Shown: one piece after another, positions 50,630 to 60,833 of the stretch
Numbering within the stretch: the first letter of the stretch is position 1
Layout of the letters: each line of letters starts with the position of its first letter
Assembly: GCA_043228905.1 (NCBI GenBank)
Contig: JBHGNT010000012.1
Coordinates: 7,688,001-7,752,000, forward strand
DNA length: 64,000 nt
Origin: Azolla caroliniana
Taxonomy: Eukaryota; Plantae; Polypodiophyta
Direction: 5' to 3'
The notes under the pieces: generated by a model
What the model was told of the DNA's origin: nothing
Seen by the model: the letters and a program-made list of their open reading frames with translations, nothing else
Databases searched by the model: none
Translations under genes and position numbers: made by a program

Positions 50630-53280
50630 AGATTCACAGAAGGACTCAAGCCCGGCATGACGACAGGCGGCACACCATCGGCTCCGACGTTCTTCTCAAA
50701 TCCGGAGGAGGGATCGACGGTGGTGGACACCAATAGTCCGGCAATTATAGCCATTGTGAAAGGGAAAGAACTCCTAGGCACGATAATAGACGGAGGCTCC
50801 GGCGTAAATGTAATAAGCCTCCGGACATGCGATGCTCTTGGAATCCAAGAGTGGGAGCCATGTCCGTTCTGGCTCCGAATGGCTGACACAAGCTCGGTGC
50901 GGCTGACAGGATTAATACGGGACTTAGAAGTAACCATCGGGGGCCACACATTCCGAATCTTAGGCGTAGTTCTCTAGTTGCAGGCTCAAGGAGCATACCC
51001 ATTATTGTTGGGACGCCCTTGGTTAAAGATGGCACACATCAAGCAGAACTGGAGGAGGAATATGATTACGTTCCGACGGGGAAAAGCGAAGGTACGGGTA
51101 CCAACACAACCAAGGAAGGGCACCGGCAAGGATTTGACACCATTATATACGAAGTGCGTCAATATGCTGGAAGGATTAGTAGATGAAGAAGAAGATCAGT
51201 ACTTGCAAGAGAACCCGAAGATTGTACCCCTATTCGAAATTGACATCGCCGAAGCGGTATCACCCTACTTACTGCAACCGGACGGAACCGAAGCAGAACC
51301 GGATAAAGAAGCAATCCGGGAGTTATGGCAAGCGCAGGAGGCGTTGGAAAGGGAAATTGTTGTATCACAGCGCGTAAAAGCATCTCAATTAGAAGAGGTA
51401 AATCTAGGAACGACGGAGGAGGCAAAACCAGTGCACATCGCCAAAGAAATGAATGCGGAGAACAAAACGGTGATAATTACACTCCTCAACGAGTTTCACG
51501 ACGTATTTGCCTGGTCTTACGAGGATATGAGAGGGTTGGATCCTCAGTTGTATCCGCACCAGATACATCTGAGCAAAGACGCCAAGCTAGTAGCACAGCG
51601 TCGGTACCGGATGAACCCCCTCCCTCAGAACTCTCTCTCTCACACTCTCCCCACCACCAAACCTCGCCAACGCTCTCCGACCTCGACGCAGAGATGGACT
51701 GCCAAACGCTGTCTGAAGCCGCCAAGAAATGGCTACGGCAGCACGAACTAGAAGGTTTTTTAACGATCATGGAGGCGGCGCCACATTAGGAGGCCGAAAA
51801 GATTATAAAAGAAATCGACACAGAGGTGATCAGGGAGGAGACGATCCGTGCGTTAATAGGCCTTCCGGAGGGAGGCATCTACACGATCAATAATCCGACC
51901 TCTGAGCAGCTCATCAAATATTTCGGTGAGTACTCTCTCGCCAGCAAGGGCTACAGGACACAGGGCGGCGAAGATATGCTATTCCGCGAAATTGCCCGTG
52001 TGTTCCATGAGTTCGGCCACGTGTACCCTTGACACCCTATCATGCCTCAGAACCGAGCAGGCTTGATTATCGCGACATACGAAGGGGTCAAGGTAGATTG
52101 GGTGGTGCTGATCACTGACGGGCTGTGTACGGCCATTGATATAGTAAGGGGAAAGGACGGCAAGGAAGGCCGGAAAATATGGCATGCGGTGACGCAATGG
52201 CTCACCCTGTTGGCACCACCGGTGGAGCCCATCCAAACCAAAAAGCGGGGGAGAGCAACGGACGGCACCCCGAAACCTGCTTCGAAACGGCAACAACTGT
52301 TGGCCTCCAAGGCCACTAAAGGGAAAACGGCCGACGCAGAGAAGGCGGCAAAAGAGCGCGCCAGCCGGAAGCGGTCGACAGACACACACGAGGAGACACC
52401 GGCACGGCCCCTAAAGAGCCCACTCCACCGACCGGTGCAACAGGAAAGGAACACCTTGGCGGCAAGAATGAATGTCGGGACTCAGGCGGAGGAAATGGAG
52501 GAAGAACCCACAGAGCACCTCCAGCGGCAGCCGGTGAAGAGCACCACTGAATCAGCCGGGAAGCGTTCGGATCCACAGAAGGATGGAACGCCTGCAACTC
52601 ATACTGAGCATCCCATGCCAAGGGAGGCACCAGAACCGGTTCGGAGGGAACCGGTCACAGAAGTCCTGGCACAACAGGCGGCACCGGCAAGCCCCGTAAC
52701 TCAAGAGCCGGATATACAAAGACCAACCTTCCCAACCGGCCAAGAACAAGCAGACAAGGGGTGGCTAGCCGAAACACACTCAGAGCCGGAACGGCAAAGT
52801 GGTCAGCTGGCAGAACCAGAAGCGCAGCTCGACGCAGTAAGGCGGAACCAGCCACCGGCGAGTGAACCCATCAACCAACTCTCCGTGCAAGCGCAACAAC
52901 AGTGCACCGGCAGCCAATGGCTCTGGTGTCGTGACGTGGCTCGCCTAGAAGCGTAGCGTTGCGCACACAAAGGATAACGTGAAAGTGAGGAAGGAATCAC
53001 TGGGATTATGGACGGAAGAGACGAAAGAGTAGAGATAGAGTGAATAGAGATCAATAAGATATGACAAAATAGGATTTTTAAGGAATATAAGATAAGACAA
53101 GATAAGATATAAAATAATATATGAGAAAGTGTATGAAATTTATAATCATTTTCATGAAAGAGTTACAAAATGATTGTGCACGTCGTTGAACCTCCGAACT
53201 TTGTCTTGCAAGGTAATCGCTCTTCTCTTTCTTGATCGTAGACCACTACAATCTTCATTTCAATATTTTGATGAAGATAA

Positions 53281-53333
53281 GGCTCGAACCGCCTCCCTCT
53301 TGTTGAGAGTTGAGCACCACGACCGCCAAGCTA
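53281..53333 (-). promoter_or_regulatory. tRNA-like Pol III cassette 1
   Basis: Minus-strand TAGCTTGGCGG (53333) and GGTTCGAGCC (53290), 43 nt apart. Confidence 0.55.
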
Positions 53334-53493
53334 GAGCTCCACCTTTATGTTAAACTTCTTCCCTTCTTTATCTATTTTTGTGGTATCTCTTATGTAATAC
53401 ATAATTTGATTGATATCTCATACATATCCCCTTTTGATCTTTCACCATTTAAATAGGTGCCCCCATGCATATGATGCATTGGAGGGTACAAGT

Positions 53494-53620
53494 CATGCAT
53501 GTAGTGGATGAAATGCATGTGATGCATGATCACCATTTGGCGTTCATGCATGTAGTGGATGAAATACATGTGATGCATGATCACCATTTGGCGTTCATGC
53601 ATTACATATGATGCATGATA
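53494..53620. repeat. 51-bp CATGCA-rich tandem repeat (~2.3 copies) inside the solo LTR
   Basis: catgcatgtagtggatgaaatgcatgtgatgcatgatcaccatttggcgtt is repeated. Confidence 0.85.
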
Positions 53621-53707
53621 AACATCTCGCTCATTTGAGCTTTTATGTATGAAACAATATATGCAATAACAATAAACATGAAAATATAATCTTAAAGAGA
53701 AAGGGCC

Positions 53708-53762
53708 TAGCCTAATGGTAGGTGTGTTGACTTTGGTGCATGAGGTTGTGGGTTTGAGTCTC
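53708..53762 (+). promoter_or_regulatory. tRNA-like Pol III cassette 2 (tRNA-Arg-like)
   Basis: TAGCCTAATGG (53708) and GGTTTGAGTC (53751), 43 nt apart; D-stem GCCT/AGGT. Confidence 0.6.
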
Positions 53763-53872
53763 GAAATACTATTGAATACAACATACAACTTTATTTTTAT
53801 ATCATGAAGCAAATCCTTTATGTAATATAAAGTATATATAAACTATGCTTTATTTTATGTATATTACAAGTA

Positions 53873-53926
53873 TAGAGTAAATGGTAAGATTTGAGAGTCA
53901 TAGGCTGGGGTTATTGGTTCAAGTCC
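53873..53926 (+). promoter_or_regulatory. tRNA-like Pol III cassette 3
   Basis: TAGAGTAAATGG (53873) and GGTTCAAGTCC (53916), 43 nt apart. Confidence 0.55.
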
Positions 53927-53947
53927 TCTCTCGTTCGTGTAATATAA

Positions 53948-53978
<31 letters not shown>

Positions 53979-55724
53979 TATTTTTCTTTACATATATATA
54001 TCTAATATTATCATATGTGTTGTTAATATTATATTTATATATAAAACATTATCAAATGTTATTTTAGTTACGTATTTATCTTATTGTAGACTTTTAATGT
54101 GAAGCTTTCGTACTTCACGACACCGGTGGATAGGAGAACAAATTGCCAGAGTAGTTGGATGCATAGAGGCGGAGGAAAGAGCGCAAACGGATCAGTTGCT
54201 CGTCACAACCGATGAACTAGAGACGGCCCGGTCAAGGATCCGGTGCCTCGAACAAGACTTGGATCGGATTACCGAAGACATGGCCAAAATGGCCTTAACT
54301 GCAACGCAGATCCAAGCACCAGTGACTCCGGTTGATGTACAAAGGAATAAGACCCCGGAGACACAAACTTGCCGCAGAAAGATGCGGCGCAGGCCCAAGA
54401 GCTTGCGGAATTATGAGATGAACTTGCCGCACAAGAAGCATTACGGAGCCGCGAACGCGACTTGAAGAAGGCGGTCGAAGAAGAATTTAAAAAGACTGTT
54501 GAGAACCTCCACCGGGCAGAGGAAAACCTGCGTAAAGGACATCATGCTTACGACCGGCTGAAGGAGGAAAAAGAGAAATTGCTGCAGGAAAAAGACAAAC
54601 TGCGACGGATGGTGGAGACGGAAATCGAGAGGCTGAAGGAGGAACTCCGTCAACAGAAGGACCGGGAGGACCGCGCGCGCCGGTAGATCAACCAAAGGCT
54701 GAAGCAGAAGACTGATGATTTTGATCATCTGCACCGGGACTACAAGCAGCTGGAGGCGGAATATAAGCAACAGCAGGAACGGATGGCCAAGCTCCGGCAA
54801 GAAGTTGATAGGGCCACAATGGCACTCGCCGAAGAACGGGTTGAGAGTTCCAAGCTATTGGAGGAAGCGGCGAATGACCGGATGGCGCTCCACAAACAGA
54901 ACCATGAAGACAAGGAAAGGGCAACAATGGTATTACAGAGGTTGCAAACAACCTATCAAAATCAATTGTCGCATTATAGGGAGCAGGAGGCGAACACAGT
55001 TCGAATCATCAAGCAATTAAAAGAGGAGCGGCAAGCCGCAGAAAATAAATCACAGATGGGAGCCGAACGGATCCAGTGCATCCTCCGGTCATGGCTCACT
55101 AAGACCAAAAGCTTGATTGATGACAGCTCTGTGCGTTGGTGGACGAAATGGGCGCAGAATACGGCGGAACTCCAATTGCTCAGGGTGGACGTGGAAAACC
55201 GGCGGAAGGAGGGTGATGACTGTTATACGCTGACATCGGAGGACTTCACTGCCATAAGGGATGAGCTGGCTGAAGATTTCACAACCCTGGCGGATGAACA
55301 ATTTGTGCAGGTCCGGCAACTCGTAGCTCAACTGGACGACGATCGGTTGGAGGCTCAAATCCAGTTTGAGAGTTATGAGCGGTCCCGGCTTCGGGAAGAA
55401 AAAGCGAGAAAGGCGGCAACGGTCAACCTTAGTGATGAGGAACCGTCGCTGGTGCAAGGACCAGACGGGGACCAGGCCGGGGTCAGTCAGTCACAGACAA
55501 CTCCGACGAACGAACCAACGAAGGAAACGCCGGTGCTAGAGCAACAAACGGAGCCGTCGCCCCAAACGGAGCAGCCACAACCACAAACGGAACAGCAACA
55601 ACAACATATTCCCGACGAGCCATTGGAAATTTTGGAGCAAAGCATTCTGGACATTTTGGATGAAGCGTAAAAGGGCCAGATAATGGGTTCGACGTACAAG
55701 GTACTGTCCCACGAGCGTGCCATG

Positions 55725-56180
55725 TGTTACCGGCCGGCAAGAAGGCTTAAGGAGGTCCAAAACAGAGTGTGAAAGGAATAGTTTATTTGGGAACTGTTGT
55801 AATTAGTAATATTAAAATATATAGTAATATATGAGAAGATGTGGACAGATGGACCGGAATCGGTATGCCGATCCGGATCCGGAACGATCCCGTAAAGGTG
55901 CCGGTTGGCACCGTTTTGTATTTCGCACCGGAGACCTATATAAAGGCCCGGTTACAATGTAATCAGGAGCGGATAATTAATAAAACTTATTTCCTTAATT
56001 TGTTAGTGTTGATTACCGTTCTATGCTTATTGTATATCTTACGCGTGTTAATGATGTATTGTTAAGTAATCGATTAAGGTCTAGTTAAGGGTTGTGCCGT
56101 AAGTCATTCTGTCCACCCTTTGGTGAAGTGTCTTAAGTGGACACCCTGTGTTAGGTTGTTGTCCGGCCCTAGCAATAACA
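55725..56180 (+). repeat. 3' LTR of Athila-like copy 2
   Basis: TGTTAC..TAACA, homologous to 5537-5972 with an AT-rich insertion of ~20 bp. Confidence 0.92.
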
Positions 56181-56209
56181 AATCTCTTATTCTACGGTGC
56201 TATATTAAA

Positions 56210-56524
56210 GGGAAAAGTACCAGGATACCCCTAGAAGTTCATCTATTTACAAGAATGCCCCCCTGGAAGTTCCAAATTTACCAAACTACCCCTATGTCCA
56301 AAAAATTACACGTTATAAAGTAATTATACACTCAAATCTACAAGCCCTATTTACCAAAGATGGAAGAAATGGACCCGAACTAGCCCTATTTACCAAAATT
56401 TTGAGTGTATAATTACTTTATAAACTGTAACTTTTTGGACATAGGGGTAGTTTGGTAAATTTGGAATTTCCAAGGGCATTCTGGTAAATAGACGAACTTC
56501 CATGGGTATCCTGGTACTTTTCCC
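56210..56524. mobile_element. Mutator-like MITE (315 bp) with ~125-bp TIRs
   Basis: GGGAAAAGTACCAGGATACCC.. / ..GGGTATCCTGGTACTTTTCCC; 9-bp TSD tatattaaa/tatactaaa. Confidence 0.92.
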
Positions 56525-56578
56525 TATACTAAATGTGCACTTTGTTTCATAAGTTATCAAATATAATTGTCCTTCCAG

Positions 56579-56980
56579 TTTAGTTATCATGGTATTGGTG
56601 GGCATTGCACATGGAGAACAACGCCATGTACCTTACCCGGATTCCAAACTCACATTCTTACTTCAAGTAAGTTACTATCTAAGTCTACCTAGATTATTAG
56701 GACATGAAAATTTATAGTTGATGATTATTCAAGGAGAGATTTTTAATATAGGATTCCTTGGGTGGTAACTCGAAAACAACCATTATTGCTATAGTGAACC
56801 CATCTATCTCGTAAGTCTAGCAAGAGATCCTGTTTAACAATTTTGTTCAGGCTCACAAACTGACACAGAAACCTGTTGACGGTTATTACCAACCTCTAAC
56901 CTGCTGATTTGTTGTAAGTGTACCAATGAGACATGAGTACATTGAAATTCGCACAGCAGGTTAAGTTCATCCAAAGCAAT
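56579..56980 (+). pseudogene. kinesin motor-domain fragment (kinesin-12/POK-like), three exons with introns, pseudogenised
   Basis: Exon 56579-56666 LVIMVLVGIAHGEQRHVPYPDSKLTFLLQ; 56752-56810 DSLGGNSKTTIIAIVNPSI; ~56918-56980 CTNET(frameshift)STLKFAQQVKFIQSN. The conserved Arg of HVPYR is Pro, and there is a 1-nt deletion. Confidence 0.85.
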
Positions 56981-57639
56981 GTATGGTTGTAATACTTCTG
57001 GTTTTATGGATACAAAACATATGCTAATTGGCAATGTCGGTGGTTGCTCAAAGCTATATAAAAGTATGGTTTGTTCCTTTTCCCCATTGCAGAGCTCAAT
57101 GAATTCACAAAGCTAGAATGATTGATAAACAAACCAGATAAGGTCGGGAAACAATTACTAGGCCTTAAACAACCATTATTGGATAAACAAAAGCTTTTCA
57201 AACATTCTGATTTTGAGTATGGATACCCAAAGTACCAAATGCCATGATTTTTTTCTTGGATAGGAGAGGCTAATTTCCTAGAAATGTATCTGAACATTGT
57301 AAACAACTCAGATATAGATGAGATATGAATAGTATTGAAGTTTGAAATATTTGTGTGTTGCCAATGACATCCGATATCGAGCCTCAAAATCAAATCTTTA
57401 GCCATCACGATGGTAAATGGTTCATAAAGAAAACATAACGTGATAAAAGCTTGGGAATTTGATTAAGATGTTTCATCAGTTTGATATAATTGAATGTTCC
57501 AAAAAATAATTGTTTGAACATGTTCCAATTGACATTATCACTTATAGGAAAGTGGCCGGTTAAAAATTTCAATTTCCGGTTAGGATCATAAGCAGTAGGA
57601 AAATTTCCAGTAGGGACTAGAAACTTTGCCCAACACTAC

Positions 57640-58009
57640 TCTCTACACATTAACTATGTGTCATAGAATCATATTCTATGACACATAACTAATTAGTTCC
57701 ATATTTCCCATGACTATGAGTCTTCACATTCCCTAAGAGAGAGTAGTTGTTGTAGTGAGGTAATGAAGAGAGAGGGTGACCTTATATAAAGCACCCTCCT
57801 CCTACTTCATATAGTGTCGGTTGTGACTCCTTGAAATGCTACATTTTGTATTTGCTATTCTCCTTGTTAAAATACATCTTCTTCTTGAGTACTTCATTTT
57901 TCTTTAATCTATCTATCTTGTGTTTTCTCTTCTCTCATCTTTTTCCTTTCACACATACACATAACACACATCTCTTCCGCTACACAAGAATCATATCTTA
58001 TTCTTTACA
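57640..58009 (+). repeat. older LTR related to 58507-58911 (solo or truncated)
   Basis: Shares the tatgtgtcatagaat hairpin, tataaagcac TATA block and the ..ttctttaca end. No PBS follows, and the left end is not defined. Confidence 0.7.
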
Positions 58010-58506
58010 CAAATCTTATTGATGATCAATATCTTTGAAGCATGCTTAAAATTCTTTGATAAAAATCCTTTTTTCAACCAATGGTGTGAACCATGCTCAT
58101 TTTTTACTTGTTGATAAGGCTTTCAATACAACTCGGGCAACTTTAATTGAGTATTGAAATGGTGGCCATTTAAATCACGAGATGGACGTGATTTAACAAT
58201 CGTCAAAATCACATTTGTATACCATTGAACTCTAATAAGAGACTTAGCTCCGGATTTTTTGGAGTGTTTTGCACTCCTTGAGTTTATTATTGCAAAGCTA
58301 ATACAATTATTTCTAGTTTCTAGAATTGTTGTTGGAACTCCTTATATTTGTGTGCCTTCTAGACACTCACATGTTACAAATCTTTGAGTTGCAAGTCTAA
58401 TTCACTTCATCTAAAGCCACGAACTTGGCTTTGAGGCACTAAAGCTCTAACAAGACATGCATATAGTCTTGCTTAATGAGGTGTTTCGTAGTCACAAAAA
58501 AGCTTA

Positions 58507-58787
58507 TGTTGAGAATCAAGCTCAACCTAGTCTAGTGTGTGAACACACCCTTGAGAGTGTGCACTCAAAGGTCAAAAGTCATCACTCTTATCTACACATT
58601 AACTATGTGTCATAGAATCATATTCTATGACACATAACTAATGAGTTTTCACATTCCCTATGACCCATGAGCTTCGGTAGTTAATGAAGAGAGAGAGTGA
58701 CTATATAAAGCACTCTCCTCCTACTTTGTAATAAGTTCGGTTAATCTCCTTTGTAATATACATCGTCTTGAGTATTCTATTGTTGTT

Positions 58788-58844
<57 letters not shown>

Positions 58845-60097
58845 CACACACACTCACAACACATATCTCCAGTCTATTCTGCTTCACAAGAATCACCATT
58901 GATTCTTTACATGGTATCAGAGCGGTTTGGTAGCTCGATCTAGCCCATCCGCGTGTGTTGTGTTCCATGCCGACGTTCCAGAAGAACCGGCTCATCGCTA
59001 TTGTCGTGCAGCTACATAGCTCGTATTCAAGAGAGAAGAAGGCGAAGAAAATCTACATCGAAAACCATGAATACTCAAATGGGGAGCGCTCTCCCTAGCG
59101 AGAAGTTGGATCGAAAAAACTTCGCATCTTGGGAGTACAAGATGCACCAATACCTTGTCGGCCAAGGCTATTAGGGTTACATCAAGGGAGCACAAGAAAA
59201 CCGACCCGCCCCGGAAAACGTCGACTACTCAACATGGGAGCAAGCGGTGAGTCGAGTAATGTATTGCTTGGCGACATGTGTTCATGATCACATGCTCAGC
59301 TACATTCGAGAAGCCACGACGCCAAAGGAAGCATGGGAGAATCTAAGGAAGATATTCGCCGCCGATACAACGGCACGGAGGCTTCAACTACGCCAAGAGT
59401 TGAACAACATCCAACAACGGGATATGTCCATCACAAACCATGAAGATCAAGGAGCTTTGTGATGCACTCGGCTCGATAAGCGTCAATGTGGAGGATGATG
59501 AAATGGTGCAAATATGCCTCGGCGGCCTTGCACCATGGTTCGGCGCGATGCGGACCGTCGTACTAGCACGAGAGAATCCGCCCTCCTTCTTCGATCTTCA
59601 ATCCACGTTGTTGGTCGAAGAAAATCATGTTTGAACAAGGAGCAACGCCTCGGAAGGCCACATGCTCTACACGCATTCGGACAGAGGAAGAGGACGCGGT
59701 CGTGCAAGAAGAGGCCGATTCGGCCAAGGACGAGGCAGATGAGGACCGACTTACGAAAACAACTCGCAATTTCGGCATCAAGACAGATGCCATTGAGGAA
59801 CCTTCGGAAGAAGGGGGAGCTTTCATTCCGGTCCGAGCCAACAAACCTCGATCGAATGTGATTATTGCGGAAAAATCGGCCACCATGAAGAAGAGTGCCG
59901 AAAGAAGAAGCGCGAGTCGGCTTCCACAAGCCGGCAACTCACCAATTACACCACTAACTCCGACTATGAAGATCATGGCAGAATGTTTGTAATGAGACAT
60001 AGATGTATGGTTCATTGACTCCGGTGCTTCAAACCATATGACGTCCCATCAAGAATGGTTCAAAGACCTTCAAGAGCCGGATCGACCTGGTTATGTC
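58507..60097 (+). mobile_element. Ty1/copia 'copia-C' 5' part (LTR 58507-58911, PBS 58912-58923, decayed gag-protease), interrupted by copia-B2
   Basis: TGTTGAG..TTTACA then TGGTATCAGAGC. Gag MNTQMGSALPSEKLDRKNFASW from 59067, CDYCGKIGHHEEEC knuckle, protease WFIDSGASNHMT. Stops and frameshifts are present. Confidence 0.9.
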
Positions 60098-60359
60098 TGT
60101 TGAAAACCGCGCTCGGCCACAACCGAGAAATAGGATCAAATCACAGAAAACAGGAAATACAAAATGCTCCAAGACTACAGAGAGAAGAGTACACAGGATA
60201 TTTTACGTGGAAAACCCTAAATGGGAAAAACCACGGGAGTCCTCAAACTCCAACTCACACTATACACAGAGATGTACAATGGTGAGTTTCAAGGCAACAA
60301 CCTTGAGCTCACTGTCTTCGCCACAGGCGGCGGTAATACACAGAGGCAACGACCTCTTC

Positions 60360-60390
<31 letters not shown>

Positions 60391-60575
60391 CTGCTCTCTT
60401 CACTCTCTCTAAGTGAAAAACAGAGAACATAAGCAGCAACAACAAACTGTTTGCCCTAAGTCATATTTATACACATATGACTTTCGGGCTATTTACAAAT
60501 ATAGCCTCAAGGGCCCTTGGCAAACATATTCACAAATATGTCCCCGCATCCGGATCTCTCTCCGGGTACATTCAT

Positions 60576-60745
60576 CATCCGGCTCCGTAGCCGGGGTCTT
60601 CGTCATCCGGCTCCGTAACCGGGGTCTTCGTCATCCGGCTCCGTAGCCGGGGTCTTCATCATCCGGCTCCGTAACCGGGGTCTTCATCATCCGGCTCCGT
60701 AGCCGGGTACTCTTCATCCGGCTTCATGCCGGGTACTCTTCATCC
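60576..60745. repeat. 28-bp tandem repeat (~5 copies plus decayed units) in U3 of the copia-B2 LTR
   Basis: Unit catccggctccgtagccggggtcttcgt. Confidence 0.9.
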
Positions 60746-60833
60746 TCCGGTTCCGTAACCGCAACCGGGCTTGCCGTCATTCATCTCCGGACATCCCATC
60801 CGGAGGGACCGTAAATCCCAACAAACTCCCCCT

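Larger units (their letters stand above)
52927..54122 (-). mobile_element. 1196-bp solo LTR (TGTCGTGA..TCACGACA) with a 4-bp TSD, containing three tRNA-like cassettes
   Basis: 8-bp perfect terminal inverted repeats. Flanks ctgg/ccgg correspond to a duplicated host CCGG with one C>T. The host ORF rejoins on removal. Termini match the LTRs at 22131 and 49278. Confidence 0.85.
51694..55670 (+). pseudogene. accessory ORF, copy 2 (interrupted by solo LTR 52927-54122)
   Basis: MDCQTLSEAAKKWLRQH...LEQSILDILDEA*, homologous along its whole length to 12339-20510. Confidence 0.8.
49279..56180 (+). mobile_element. Athila-like copy 2: 5'-truncated, RT-RH-INT deleted; retains gag C-terminus, protease, accessory ORF and 3' LTR (55725-56180)
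   Basis: Colinear with 7583-9058, then with 12258-21000. The deletion junction is at ~51615. Confidence 0.9.

Noticed and set aside
53390-53812. His/Met-rich 140-aa ORF (metal-binding-like)
   Set aside because: Arises from the CATGCA-rich 51-bp repeat in an LTR, with no other coding signal.
53281-53926. Functional tRNA genes
   Set aside because: A and B boxes are present, but the acceptor and T stems do not pair into complete cloverleaves. Reported as tRNA-like cassettes only.
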